From Diplonema japonicum (taxonomy: Eukaryota; Protista; Euglenozoa: Diplonemea): DNA of 64,000 nt. The notes under the pieces were generated by a model that was given only the letters and a program-made list of their open reading frames with translations, did no database searches and had not been told where the DNA came from. Positions 12,221 through 23,462 of the stretch are shown piece by piece. The position numbers were made by a program, and so were the translations under genes. Positions within the stretch are counted from its first letter, which is position 1. Every line of letters begins with the position of its first letter. Where the stretch lies: NCBI GenBank assembly GCA_964019335.1, contig OZ025665.1, positions 248,001 to 312,000 on the forward strand. The letters are read 5' to 3'.

Positions 12221-15200
12221 TTAGTTCCACTCGAGCAAGTAGCGCATCGCATCATTTACTTTAGAACGGTCCAACATATCTCTGAACTCCATGGACTTTT
12301 TGTGGGCGTCCCTGCACTTCAGGGCCTCTTCCTTGAGTTGCTTTCCCTTACCATCGTAGTAGGCATTCCTCTTCTTGACCAGTGCCTCGTACAGTTTACC
12401 CTCCTCATTTGCAATTGCTGCCTCGCCCTTTTTGAATCCAAGCTCCGTTAAACTTTCCTCGACTATCACCATGCTGAAAGAGCCGTTCTGTCCCTGGCGT
12501 GCAGCTCGTCCTTTGCATTGAATGTGGTCTGCCTCGCTCCCCACGTATGTCTCGATGACTGCCAACCCCCCTGCGTTATCAACTCTCTCATCTGTTATTT
12601 TGAAATCGGTTCCCCTTGCGAAGGGCTGTGTCGCGAAAGTCACCATGCCCCTGTCTGTCGCTTTGCTGATAAAACGATTCCTTTCCTTCAGTGTGTTATC
12701 CTCCAGGATGCGTTGCCCCACCTCGATGCCGTGGGTGTAGTTGTTGTTGATGCTCGTCATAACCCTGTTGAGCTGCAGCTCCTCTTTGAAGAACACCACC
12801 ACGGCCCTCTTGCCTTCGTCCCGACCCTTCTTTATCTCGTTCACAAGTATGTCCTCGAACTGTTCCTCATAGCACATTGTAACGTCCACTGCAGGGCTGA
12901 ATTTCCTTTTGCACTTTCCGTACATTGATGGCATGTGGGTCATTTGTTTCACCCCCAGTTTCTTGGTCATTACCTCGTGCTGAAAGGTGTTCTCTCTTGG
13001 GAGCGTACCGGACACACCGAGAACGAAATCGAACGAGGACAAGATCTCTGAGTAGGAATATGCCCCACAGTTAACTCTAAAGTAGACTTTGTCAGACAGC
13101 TTCGATGCACGCTCCTTGACATCTTCAATTCTGTTGTGGTGCTCTTCGTATGAAGCCCACATTGTCTTGTAACCATAAATGGTGGTGTAACACACTGTGT
13201 CGTGTGACTTGTAACCAATCTGAATCACGTTTTCCTCTTCCCACTTTTTCTCATTGACGACCCATGTGTGGGACTTGTATGCTCGCAAATCAAACAGCAT
13301 ATCCTTAACGGCCTCTTGAAACAAGTCACGACTACAATCTGAAAAGCACTCAACAGCACTCTTGTACTCGGGTCTATTCGTCACCGATAGCAACGTAGGC
13401 TTCGCGACCCACATGTAATCGGTGAGCGACTTCAGGTGAGGATTCTTAATGAGAGTCGCGGGGCGGAACAACGACGCATAGTAGGAAGAGGCAAACACGT
13501 CAGCCTCGTCGACAAGAAGGCATCTTGTTGTTGTCGGGGGTCGTTTCGGCTTTAATGCATTCCCCTGTACCACCAGGTCATGCGTACTGGCACGAAGGTC
13601 GTCGGCACCTAGAACGCCCTCGCATAAATCCTGAAAGGTTCCATAGGTGACAGTTACTCCCAGTGCTTCGTACAGGGGAGCGAAGTCTTCCTTGTCACGT
13701 TGGCTGAGATACTTGTAGCAGCATGCAATGTACGGTTCCAATCCAATCATGTTGCACACCACACCTAACACGGCAAGAACCACACTCTTGCCCTCCCCAG
13801 TGCCAACTTTCACGATATGCCCCTTCAGAATGGATCCGTCCCTCACCCCCAAAGCACAAAGGATGGCGAGTATCTGAACTGTGTGGGGCTTTAGTAAATA
13901 TTTCTCATCTTTGTGGCTTCCATCATGTACTTGTAGTGTCCAGAGCGCAAAGATATGCGCCAATAGCTTGGCGAGAGTACTCAAGCGGTCACCCAAGTAA
14001 AGGAAGTTTTTTACCCGGCCTGTGGTGCTGAAAGTCTCATTGGACAAGTCCTTTCCCGCCTGCTTGGTGGCCGCAACAAGTTTCTTGTACGAAGGACACT
14101 CTTGTAAGTGATCGAAGACGAGCTTCATGTGCATCTTCACAATCCCCTCGTGTACTGTTTCAAGCTTGTCATCCCACTCATTCTGTTCTTTTAAAGTCTC
14201 CTTCACCCTGGGAAACGTCACCTTTGCTGTTGCTGTGTTGAAGCTGTATCTTTGGTAGTCCCCGAAAATATGTTGCTCCTTCACGAGATTGGCCTGCTGG
14301 TGCAGGTTGCTAAGATCCGCAGCTAGGCTATGCATTTCTATTGCTCCTTTTCTTTTACAGTAATCTGCAAGAGCAGCGGTGATCTTACCCTTCGCAGCAT
14401 TTCCCATATCGCAGTTCTCCCGCACAAGCTGCATCTTAATCAGACCGTTAATCATCGTGGTCCTGTTAGCTGATCTGCAGTCTGTCTCGATGTTTTGGAT
14501 CAACACTTCCACCTCTTGCTTCAAACGGTGCTCTTCGCAGCGGCTGATGTCTTTCAGTGCTGTGATCTTACATGCCGCCAGTTTTGCTAGGTTGCCTAGC
14601 ACGCTGTTCACGATGCTCCAGTCAGGTTTGCTTGTCTTCAGGGCGTCGCTGCCCTTCTTTACCATCTCAGCAACAGCAGCTTTCAACGACGAAGTAGGAT
14701 CAAAGAAAGGTATTTGTAAGTCGTTGCACACAACCTCAGGCACTGTTTCTAAAGCGGACAGTGCCTTGCTAAGTTCGTCAAAATACCGTCTACGGCTGAC
14801 CGAGTCATCCCTAGATAGGTTACCGACACCCAGCTGTTTCGTGATGTTGATGTGCTTGTTGATGTTTCCAGATATAAGCTTGGCCCTTTCGTCTCTTGGC
14901 GGGAATGAAGAACTAATAGAAGATCCGTTCAAGAGCTGTGAAACAGGGTCCCAGTGGCGAGCTTTCACATCCCACTCGGCAAACTGAGTAAAAAACTCCC
15001 ACACAACCTTGAAATCGCCTTTTTGCAAAGCGGTATGGAAGGAAGTACACAAGGACTGCCCCTCTGCGGTGCAGGTACAAAGCTTTTTTTCGATGTCAGT
15101 GATGAGACTAGTGTTGTTCCAGTAACGACAGTTCTCTTTTAAGATCAGGCAAGCTATCTTTCCGATGGTTTCTGCGCAGTCCCCGCTCACAATCCGGTTC

Positions 15201-18200
15201 ACATAACGGTTCAGTTGCATGTGCTCTGGAGTAGTATCGCTGAGGCGCTTGCACATCTCGAAAGCGCGCCTGAAGTTTTCCTCATTCCACGAGTGGTTGT
15301 TCAGTTGTGCTAACGCGGTTTGAGCGTGTTGCTTGTACAAGGCCTGCGACTGAACCCTTGTTCCTTGCGACTCTCGCTTCTCAAGTAAGTCATACATCTC
15401 CTCAGTCACGCAGCTTTTGACCCAGTTTTCGAAGTTAACGTGCTGGGTACTCAAGGTGTCTGCAAACAGCTCCTCGTATTTCGCTACGAGGTCTGGGAAC
15501 ATCAGTGACATGTTATCCATTAGATTTCTAGTTGAACTGGCGCACTCGGGTGTTACTTCCCGCACCTGCACGGAAAGTGTGCTCTCTACGCGACACTTGA
15601 TTTCCTGCACTATGTCATCATCCACCTTTCCGTTGTTGACGAACGTTTTAAATGTTCTGCAATCAGTAGTGGTCCACTTCTCGACGCATTTCGCAATAAT
15701 CTCACGGTACTTTTCCGATTTACCTTCGTGTTTTGCGCGATACAGGTCGATTGATCGCTGCGTGTCTAGGTTCACTATTGAGTAAACAACGTTGTCACAC
15801 GTGTCATCAAACAGCGCTTGGGCATTGGGATCCTTTGTGTTCATCAGTCTCTCCAATCGTCCCAATATCTTTTGCACTTCCTTACTAACAAGGCCCCTGA
15901 GTTCTTTTTCTTCTTCAAACACCGTATTTCGGTGCTTATCCCCGAGTTCCAGAGTTTTGCTCTCCCTTGTTCTGACAGACAATTGCAACACCTTCTGCAA
16001 CATATTCTTAGCTTGAAGCACATTGGATGCGCTTTCTTGCTGTTGCGCTAGCTGCTCGCACAGGTGCCCTGTCACCTCATTACGTAGGTCGTCTGCCTTC
16101 TTGAGCGCATCGAAAGTGTTCCCTAGGTGCTTCAAGCGCAGCATGACGCCCTCCAGGTCGAGAAGGGTCTTCCTTGTGATACCTGTTATGTTGTAACTTA
16201 GCCAGCTCAGGACGCCTGCCCTGTACTTATCAACAAGTGTGCTGAACTTCTTTTGTACGCTCTCGTTGCCCAAGGCACAGTCAAGACCTTCCAGCTTCAT
16301 GCACAGGGTATAGACCCTAGCGTGGTCATTACCTGTCTTTTCTGTTAGTTCGCCGCGTATCAAGTCAAAGAGTCCTACCACTGCTCTTGATACGCTCTCT
16401 GTCTCGGGCAGCTGTTCGATGAAACAAGGTCCCCTTTTGGCAGTGTTGCAACCTTGGAAGAGCTCAACAATAGGTGTCGTGTAGCTGCTCACGTCGCCCA
16501 GATCCCATGTGCAGCCTGCATCGCAAGTCGCACTTGCTAACTTTTTCCTTACAGCCTTTACACACTCCATGCATTCATCCACTTGCTTTTTTCCCTCGTC
16601 AAAGATGCTTGCCCTCAAAGAAGCAAGGAGGCTCTCTCCAGATGGCGAAATGACCCCCCAGCGCCCCATCTCGCCTAGATACGGTAGTGCCTTCTCGTAC
16701 ACCGCCTTCTTTGCTGCGGCCATTTCCTCAGGAGCCACTATCGATAGTTTGCAGTCGGGAGGGTTAATGCTGCGGTAGGCATCCAGTTCTTGCCTCGTGA
16801 AAGAACTCAAACGCTTGTAGTCTTCCGAAACACGCCCTGTTTTTCTCTTGAGTTCTCTAATTTTGTTATCATAAAACTTCAATTTATCAACCAGTTCAGC
16901 AACAGAAGCCACCCGGTTATTTCTGAGGATGCTGCTTTTTTGGATTCGTGCCCATTCCGACATGAACCCCCCACATATCCTGTTGTTGACATCCTCAGCT
17001 TGCTGCAAACGTCTCGTCACCTCCCTCAAAAAAGCCCCATCGCGTAAACCTTCTAACGGTGATAAGCAGTTTCTCAGAAAGTAAAGCTTGTGCATCAACT
17101 GATTGGAGTGCTTGTTGACACTCACACCCAGAAAGCATCCTTCAGCAAGTTCCTCATCAAGCTTTCTTAACGCGATATTGCGGATCCTCTTCAGGCACCT
17201 TGCAAGTTGACACAAGTCGCCCGCACTGTCACCCACTTCTTGTATCTCTCCATGCAGATAGTTGGTAATCTGCCTTCTTGCACGTTCGTTAACTTCCATC
17301 TCGGACTGGTCTTGCTTCTTTGAGAAGTTCCTTGCCAATGGATTGCAAGCAATTGCATCCATCGTGTGTTGTGCTGCCAGAACTTCGTGGTGCATGCCTC
17401 GCTGCTTCGTCAGGATACTTTCACAAAAGATCGCTTCTAAGCTCTTGCTGATCACATCAAGCCTGGGTGCTATCACCTTTCCCAAAGAAAAGTCGGAAAT
17501 CGAAGGCAGCTTTTCAAGATCTTTGAGGTACTTTGTCAGGGACTGGAACTCTTCGTTCTTCTCCGGTAACTGGGTCACGCAATCTTCCAGATCCTTCAAC
17601 TTCAAGGTCGCATCATCGTGTACCTCACGGAGCAAATATTGCAGCTCAGAGTCAAGGTGCGGCAGGCACTCCACCAACTTCCCACAACGATCAATTTTCT
17701 TTTTCATGCACCCAGCGTCCGATGCCTCCATCATTCTCACGATCTCCTTGCGGGCTTCGTCGAATTCTTCGCGCATCAGAAGCACTTCCTGTCTGTAGTG
17801 TGTTTTCGGTATTTCACCCAAGCAGCATGCCATGTGAAGCTTTGACAGTCCTATTTTAACAATGGTAACCTCTTTGCCCCGGAACCTGTTGCAGAACTCC
17901 TTGCACACCTGCTCAAGGCTCACCGCGGCCCAGTCGACGCCTAGAAAGGTCAGCCTCTCGAAGACCGTCTTCAGCCTCTCAAGGTGGGTGTATACCTCGC
18001 TCAGATCCCTCAGCAAAGCCCCCTCCTCGTCTTCCAAGCACACTTCCCCGTCAAAAACGAAGTACGCAGAGCATCGCATTGCTACCTGTTTCACCCTGTC
18101 GTTCAGAAGATCCCTCGTCCCCTTCGCGCAGTCCTCTGCTGTCGTCGTCAGCTCGTCCACGCTAACCATCGCGCACAAGTCGTGGTGCAGGGACAAGATG

Positions 18201-19354
18201 TCTGCTATCCTTTCGGGGTTACCGTTACTCAGCAGCAGCCTCCCAATCGCCTCCTTGTCCATCCCGATCTGCCTCTTCACTTCTTTGACACTCCCTTCGC
18301 ATATGCTCGTGACGAAAGCTTTCTGGGGTTCCGTGACCGGAGGTTTCGACATGATCATCTCGATCAGTTCGGCGGGTGACGGAGTGCCTTCATTGGGCTT
18401 AACGAGAAGAGCCGTTCCAGATTTCAGCTGTGAAACGAGCTCTTCATAAACCTGATGCTGTGCAGCCGTGGTCCCGTTCGCCTGCATTGCACCGTTGACC
18501 TCGTCGAACAAACGGTTGTACTCCCGCTCTGGGATGCTGTCCGTGGACTTCGTGAATATGAACGTGACGCACTGCAGAATTCTCGTGAGGCTTCCAGGGC
18601 AAAGTGCCCCTGCGAAGACCTCGATGCACTTCCTGAGGTCTTGCATTTTCGTCCCGAACGCAACGTTCAGTACCACTACTAGCCGCACCGATTTGCAAGA
18701 TGCCAGAGCACGCGACATGAGGACGCTTTCTGCGATGCGCACCTCAGACCCCCTCATGTCTCCATATCCCACTGTGTCTACAAACAGAGTTCCCTTTTGC
18801 CGCACAGTGCGCATCCTTGTTGTCACCGAGATGGTGCTGCCGCGGGCTGCCACTTTGAAATCCTGAAGCTCAGAAGCGGTGGGACGTACAACGAGCTCGT
18901 AGCTTGTCTTGTCTATCACGATCTTTGACCCGCACAAATAGTGGGTAATGGTAGTCTTCCCAGAGCCCGTGAGCCCCAGCATCATGACACAGTTCTCTCC
19001 TTCGAGCGAGGGGTTGGAAGAGTCAGCCACGTGTCGCATCACCTGGTGCAAGTCAACAGCAGTTACGCACGCCCAAATTTTGTTAAGTACCACGATCGCT
19101 TCAGCCACATCTTCCCTGCTGCCCAGCAGACCCTCCAACACCGTCACGTTGCGCAGCACGGTCTCTGTCGCAAATCCTTCTAGTTCCACAGCTTCTCTGA
19201 GGGACCACAGCTCCGACCATGCCTCACCATCGTCCGCCTGCTCCTGGAGAGCGGCACGTGTCTTTTGCAGTAACGCTTTTAATCCCACGGTGCTCGCTGC
19301 AGCGCCAGAGGCCACCGTGAGAGTATCATCAGATGTATAGGAAGGCAGAATCAT
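12221..19354 (-). CDS. 2377-aa fusion: N-terminal P-loop (AIG1/GIMAP-like TRAFAC) GTPase, long helical region, C-terminal SecA-like DEAD/SF2 ATPase
   Basis: GTPase G1 GLTGSGKT, G3 DTVG, G4 TK. SecA-type motifs VGTGEGKS, LVDEAD, GVSGT, FARGTDF, QCKGRAARQGQNG. Confidence 0.85.
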   Translation of the reverse strand: MILPSYTSDDTLTVASGAAASTVGLKALLQKTRAALQEQADDGEAWSELWSLREAVELEGFATETVLRNVTVLEGLLGSREDVAEAIVVLNKIWACVTAVDLHQVMRHVADSSNPSLEGENCVMMLGLTGSGKTTITHYLCGSKIVIDKTSYELVVRPTASELQDFKVAARGSTISVTTRMRTVRQKGTLFVDTVGYGDMRGSEVRIAESVLMSRALASCKSVRLVVVLNVAFGTKMQDLRKCIEVFAGALCPGSLTRILQCVTFIFTKSTDSIPEREYNRLFDEVNGAMQANGTTAAQHQVYEELVSQLKSGTALLVKPNEGTPSPAELIEMIMSKPPVTEPQKAFVTSICEGSVKEVKRQIGMDKEAIGRLLLSNGNPERIADILSLHHDLCAMVSVDELTTTAEDCAKGTRDLLNDRVKQVAMRCSAYFVFDGEVCLEDEEGALLRDLSEVYTHLERLKTVFERLTFLGVDWAAVSLEQVCKEFCNRFRGKEVTIVKIGLSKLHMACCLGEIPKTHYRQEVLLMREEFDEARKEIVRMMEASDAGCMKKKIDRCGKLVECLPHLDSELQYLLREVHDDATLKLKDLEDCVTQLPEKNEEFQSLTKYLKDLEKLPSISDFSLGKVIAPRLDVISKSLEAIFCESILTKQRGMHHEVLAAQHTMDAIACNPLARNFSKKQDQSEMEVNERARRQITNYLHGEIQEVGDSAGDLCQLARCLKRIRNIALRKLDEELAEGCFLGVSVNKHSNQLMHKLYFLRNCLSPLEGLRDGAFLREVTRRLQQAEDVNNRICGGFMSEWARIQKSSILRNNRVASVAELVDKLKFYDNKIRELKRKTGRVSEDYKRLSSFTRQELDAYRSINPPDCKLSIVAPEEMAAAKKAVYEKALPYLGEMGRWGVISPSGESLLASLRASIFDEGKKQVDECMECVKAVRKKLASATCDAGCTWDLGDVSSYTTPIVELFQGCNTAKRGPCFIEQLPETESVSRAVVGLFDLIRGELTEKTGNDHARVYTLCMKLEGLDCALGNESVQKKFSTLVDKYRAGVLSWLSYNITGITRKTLLDLEGVMLRLKHLGNTFDALKKADDLRNEVTGHLCEQLAQQQESASNVLQAKNMLQKVLQLSVRTRESKTLELGDKHRNTVFEEEKELRGLVSKEVQKILGRLERLMNTKDPNAQALFDDTCDNVVYSIVNLDTQRSIDLYRAKHEGKSEKYREIIAKCVEKWTTTDCRTFKTFVNNGKVDDDIVQEIKCRVESTLSVQVREVTPECASSTRNLMDNMSLMFPDLVAKYEELFADTLSTQHVNFENWVKSCVTEEMYDLLEKRESQGTRVQSQALYKQHAQTALAQLNNHSWNEENFRRAFEMCKRLSDTTPEHMQLNRYVNRIVSGDCAETIGKIACLILKENCRYWNNTSLITDIEKKLCTCTAEGQSLCTSFHTALQKGDFKVVWEFFTQFAEWDVKARHWDPVSQLLNGSSISSSFPPRDERAKLISGNINKHINITKQLGVGNLSRDDSVSRRRYFDELSKALSALETVPEVVCNDLQIPFFDPTSSLKAAVAEMVKKGSDALKTSKPDWSIVNSVLGNLAKLAACKITALKDISRCEEHRLKQEVEVLIQNIETDCRSANRTTMINGLIKMQLVRENCDMGNAAKGKITAALADYCKRKGAIEMHSLAADLSNLHQQANLVKEQHIFGDYQRYSFNTATAKVTFPRVKETLKEQNEWDDKLETVHEGIVKMHMKLVFDHLQECPSYKKLVAATKQAGKDLSNETFSTTGRVKNFLYLGDRLSTLAKLLAHIFALWTLQVHDGSHKDEKYLLKPHTVQILAILCALGVRDGSILKGHIVKVGTGEGKSVVLAVLGVVCNMIGLEPYIACCYKYLSQRDKEDFAPLYEALGVTVTYGTFQDLCEGVLGADDLRASTHDLVVQGNALKPKRPPTTTRCLLVDEADVFASSYYASLFRPATLIKNPHLKSLTDYMWVAKPTLLSVTNRPEYKSAVECFSDCSRDLFQEAVKDMLFDLRAYKSHTWVVNEKKWEEENVIQIGYKSHDTVCYTTIYGYKTMWASYEEHHNRIEDVKERASKLSDKVYFRVNCGAYSYSEILSSFDFVLGVSGTLPRENTFQHEVMTKKLGVKQMTHMPSMYGKCKRKFSPAVDVTMCYEEQFEDILVNEIKKGRDEGKRAVVVFFKEELQLNRVMTSINNNYTHGIEVGQRILEDNTLKERNRFISKATDRGMVTFATQPFARGTDFKITDERVDNAGGLAVIETYVGSEADHIQCKGRAARQGQNGSFSMVIVEESLTELGFKKGEAAIANEEGKLYEALVKKRNAYYDGKGKQLKEEALKCRDAHKKSMEFRDMLDRSKVNDAMRYLLEWN

Positions 19355-19419
19355 CGTATTGAAACATATAAATCCTGTGATTTTAATGTTTAATTTTAAT
19401 GTTTAATGAAAGTGACGGG

Positions 19420-19530
19420 CTGAGAGAAGGCAACAAGAAGTTGCGATCATGAGACTGAGGGTGGGGAAGAGCCCCCCCTGTCAGTTATCCACTCGACCCC
19501 GCGGTCGATGTGGTCATGTGCCATCTCCGG
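19420..19530 (+). pseudogene. Short degraded fragment of the family C retroelement C-terminus
   Basis: GCGATCATGAGACTGAGGGTGGGGAAGAGCCC (IMRLRVGKSP) matches the C copies at about 21124 (+) and 31360-31395 (-). Confidence 0.6.
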
Positions 19531-19618
19531 GCGACTGCCCTCCTGATGTGACTCAGTGAGAGTTTCCTTTACCACATTTATGGCAGATAGCCTGGTATAA
19601 TTTTCTTTCCGACAAAAA

Positions 19619-19650
19619 GCCTGGTAGTGGAATATTTATTATTATTATTA
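19619..19650 (+). mobile_element. 32-bp ultra-truncated non-LTR insertion (C/D/E-type 3' terminus) with 12-bp TSD
   Basis: GCCTGGTAGTGGAATATTTATTATTATTATTA is identical to the D 3' end (reverse complement near 47238-47269). It is flanked by TTCCGACAAAAA at 19607-19618 and 19651-19662. Confidence 0.85.
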
Positions 19651-19857
19651 TTCCGACAAAAAACTGATCTTGAAGGAAACTTTTGATCTTGAAGGACAGT
19701 GTCCCAGTACTCACCGCTCCTCTCTGTTGGTAATTGGCCACACAGAAGCTTTTTTTAAAGAAAAAAAAAGACCAGAAGAAGGAGGGAGTGCTAAACCCCC
19801 CCTACCTATGGTGCTGTTTGTTCTCTTCTTGGGCGAAAGGCTCATGATACCTTCACT

Positions 19858-21440
19858 TTGATTTTTGACGAACACTCCAGAGACGTCTTGGAAAGAGGTG
19901 AAAGCAGGGTCAGGCTACTGAGCTGCCTTGCGGGAACGAGATGGGGTTGCAAGAAGGTGGTGTTGAGGGCTCTGTACCTCACATATGTGCAACCAGTCTT
20001 CAGGTACTGCTTGGGCGTGTACGGATCATTTCTCCCGAGCGGGAAGAACACGCCCCACGAAGGCATCAAGAAGCTTCAATACAGGGCAGCGCTGAAGATC
20101 ACAGGCTGCATCGCGTCATCAGAGACATTCGCGACACTGAACGAAGCGGGGCTGTGGACCCTGGATGCGCTAATCGAGCACGACAGCCTGTTGCTCTACG
20201 AGTCACTGATGAGAAAAGTGGACACCGCCGCATACCAGGCGACTCAGCCTCTGGTGGATCTGACCAGGTACGAGAAGCTCCTACCAAGGAGGACTTGGTC
20301 TGACAAACAGAGAGAGGCATCGAAAGCCTACAAACTCCCAGAGAGAACGGGCACACCTCACTCGGGCGCCGTCTTCATGAGGAGACTCGCGGTTGCACCC
20401 TGGCAAAGATTCGAGGGGCAACTCGTGCTCTCCCCCTTCCTCGACACGCAGGTGAAAAGGACGGACCCAAAAGAGGTCAGGAAAGAGGCAACAACGAACA
20501 CCCTGAACAGGTTGTGCGAGAAGCACGGCCGGGCTTTCTGCATGGTGTTCACAGATGGGTCCGTAAAGGATGGGAAGAACGGAGGCTCGGCCGCCATCCT
20601 GCTGCACAATGGGTCCGATGCTGCCTACGGGATCAGCGGTGGACTGTATTCGACATCCTACAAATGCGAACTCAGGGCCCTGAGGCTGGGGATCCGACTG
20701 GCGACAAGACTCTCAGAGAGGAAGCTTGCAAGCCAAGGGATGGTTCTGATATGCACAGATTCGCAGTCGGTGATATGGAAGATGTGCCAGGGACACGTGT
20801 CGGCAGCCTCCAAAGATGACTACGAGCTCTGGCAGGAGGTCGCGAGCTTGACAGGCAGAGGCCACAAGCTAATCGTTCAATACGTCCCGAGTCACTGCGG
20901 GTACAAGTGGAACGAGAAGGCGGACCAGAAGGCAAAAGAGGCGAGCGAAAGACTGGCCCACACCCGTGAGACAGACATTGAGGTGGTTAAAACTCTGGTG
21001 AGGAAACATGTCATCAGAAGCCACCTCCGCCTATGGAAGGATACTGGCATCACAAAGACGTACAGGGAGCTGTTTGCCGGAAGTTTCGAGAAGTTCGAGG
21101 AGCTGGACAGAAAGAAAGAAGTGGCGATCATGAGGCTGAGGGTGGGGAAGAGCCCACTCACCTGCGGATACCTACTCATACCCCCAGTCGAGGAGGTCCC
21201 GTGCCATCTATGTTCGCAACCCCAGACTCTAAGCCACCTCCTAAGAAGGACAGATGATTCAAGCTTCGGTGTACACGATCGAGCTTGATTTGAATTCCTT
21301 TATTTTGAGAAAAAGAAAAAAGAAAAAAAAGAAGAAGAAAAAAAATTGAAGAACGAAACATAAAAGAATTGAATTTTGGCTCCCGAAAGCCCAACAAGTC
21401 CAGCAGACGGTGGAGTTTCACAGTCAGCTGGTTAATTTTT
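19858..21440 (+). mobile_element. Family C' non-LTR retroelement fragment (RT C-terminus + RNase H + partial 3' UTR)
   Basis: ORF 19858..21288 has FTDGS, TDSQS and VPSHCG...NEKAD and is a diverged homologue of ORF 31139..33373. Its 3' UTR (21243-21440) matches about 30607-30838, with an internal deletion. Confidence 0.85.
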
Positions 21441-21442
21441 CG

Positions 21443-22191
21443 AAGCGCTGAACCTGGGGCTGCAATTGACACTGTACCATACCCGGAGACAAGGTGTGAC
21501 GACCGGAGTAGTGCTGCTGTGCTCGGACTCCCAGTCGGTGATCAGAAGACTGATGCAGGGCCACAGAGAGATGAGGCAGAAGGAGGAACTGCTGGCTTGG
21601 AAATGGCTGGACGCGCTTGACCGCCAAGGCCTCTCCACCATCATCCAGTACGTTCCCGGACACTGCGGCCTACCAGGTAACGAGCAAGCCGACCGACACG
21701 CCAAACGCGCCGCAAAGGAGTCGACACCGGACGGACCGACGGACCTGATGACCACAAAGAGCCTCATCAAGAGGTCGGTGAACCGCGACTGGGCAGCCTC
21801 GTGGGAGAAGACGGGTCGGGACAAGAAGTACCGAGAGGAGATCGGCGCGAGGTACCTCCCCTTGAAGGAACTGTCCTGCAGACACGATGAGGTACAGATA
21901 ACGAGACTGCGAACGGGCAGGAGCCACCTGACTTGCGGTTTCCTGTCGAAACCCGTCCAGAATGACATACGTTGCCTCTCGTGCCATTCGATCCAGGACA
22001 GACACCATCTGCTGATCGGGTGCCCAGCTGGAGACAAGGTCCGCGAAGAGATCTTCGGGGATGACATCCCCACGACCACGAAGGAGATGCTCACAATGAG
22101 GGTGAGTGAAACCGCCTCCTACCTGAAGAGGATGGACCTCATCTGAGACTCTCACGACCGCCGAGCCGCTGACCGCAATCGCAGGACGTAG

Positions 22192-22222
<31 letters not shown>

Positions 22223-22751
22223 AACAGAAAAAAGTGAACCAAAAAGTACTAGTGAACCCTCTCCCCCTCCCCCTGTGTTTCCCATTATTACCCTGTCGTG
22301 CACCCCAACTTCTGTCTTCACCTTTCCCCGCCCCTTCACACATCCCCCCGTATCATTTCCCTTTGTTTTGAATTTTCTAAGGCTCCGCCGCCCAACAAAG
22401 CTGGCTGAAGGGGATGCCTCCGTGCCAGTGTGCCGCTCGTGAGGGCGAGCACGGACGAGGTACCCCACTCCTCAAAAACCCGGAGGTTCGCCCGAAGGGT
22501 GCTGGCTTGGGAAGCGGGCTGGAGAGCTGCCGGGGTCACGGAGGTGGGCGAAGTCGCGAACACTGGAGCCCACGAACCGGCCCCACCTCCGTCCTCGGTA
22601 CGTATGGATAGTTTAGCGGAAGTTTCAAGGTTATCACATTCCTTTCCCCCTTTCGTTAGATACAGGGAGACCCTTGGTCCACCTGTTCTGTCCCCCCCCC
22701 CAGCCTTTGCTTCGCACGTCAGTGGTTCATTTATTATTATTATTAAAAAAA
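21443..22751 (+). mobile_element. 5'-truncated family B non-LTR element ending in (TTA)n-A7 just upstream of tRNA-Met
   Basis: Essentially identical to the reverse complement of 24655-25959 (RNase H end, CCHC knuckle, ORF 21466..22146, 3' UTR). Confidence 0.92.
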
Positions 22752-22756
22752 CTGTC

Positions 22757-22829
22757 GCGAGGTTGGCGCAGTCGGCAGCGCGTAGGTCTCATAATCCTAA
22801 GGTCGTCAGTTCGATCCTGGCACCTCGCA
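22757..22829 (+). tRNA. tRNA-Met(CAT), elongator type
   Basis: Acceptor GCGAGGT/ACCTCGC, anticodon loop CTCATAA, T-loop TTCGATC, followed by a T6 Pol III terminator. Confidence 0.95.
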
Positions 22830-22834
22830 TTTTT

Positions 22835-23462
22835 TGTACACATAAATATCAGAAATTGTCTTTGACAACTGCTTTCGCTTGTCCCATTGTTGATACGGAT
22901 TTACAATGCGGATTTCCACTGCATGGGGACCATCAGGAAAACCCGGAAATTGCTCCCGCCGGAGCCTAAGATACCTACCCCTCAGGGTGCACCTTCACGT
23001 ACCAAGGGTGCACCTTATGTGTCCTGAAAAGATGCAAAAGGCACGGAATTGCACCGTGTGCAACAAATTAGAGAAAAAACGCACCCAGGCCATGTTCTCG
23101 TGCAGAGATTGCAACGTAGCAATGTGCCCTGTGCCCTGTTTCGAATTTTTTCACATTAACGACACCTTAAAAAAACCACCTGAAAACCTCTTGAAAACCA
23201 CTTTTGAAAATAGAAATACGTTTAAATTGGACAAGTCGCATATCTGCGGCACCTCGGACCTTGTGTTCAAAGAACGGCCATAAGTGGTGAAAAAAGAATA
23301 ACCAGCCCACCCTGCACGCTGAATAAGCGCTGCTTATTGAACCTCCGGATAGCATGTGCCCTTTGCAAGAGTTGTTTCTCAAATGCTGCTCTACCACCAA
23401 AGTTTGGGCACATCTGGGGCTTCGAGCGCTTCGCACTCCAGAAATGGTGCGGTATGGGTTAA
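22835..23462 (+). mobile_element. piggyBac-like DNA transposon remnant (transposase C-terminal Cys-rich domain and probable right end)
   Basis: ORF 22906..23283 contains RNCTVC..KRTQAMFSCRDCNVAMCPVPCFEFFH, matching the piggyBac CRD pattern. The region ends ...GGG|TTAA (23456-23462). No left end was found. Confidence 0.7.

Noticed and set aside
22757-22829. tRNAs as heads of tRNA-derived SINEs
   Set aside because: They are intact cloverleaves with their own T-run terminators, and the elements lie upstream rather than downstream.
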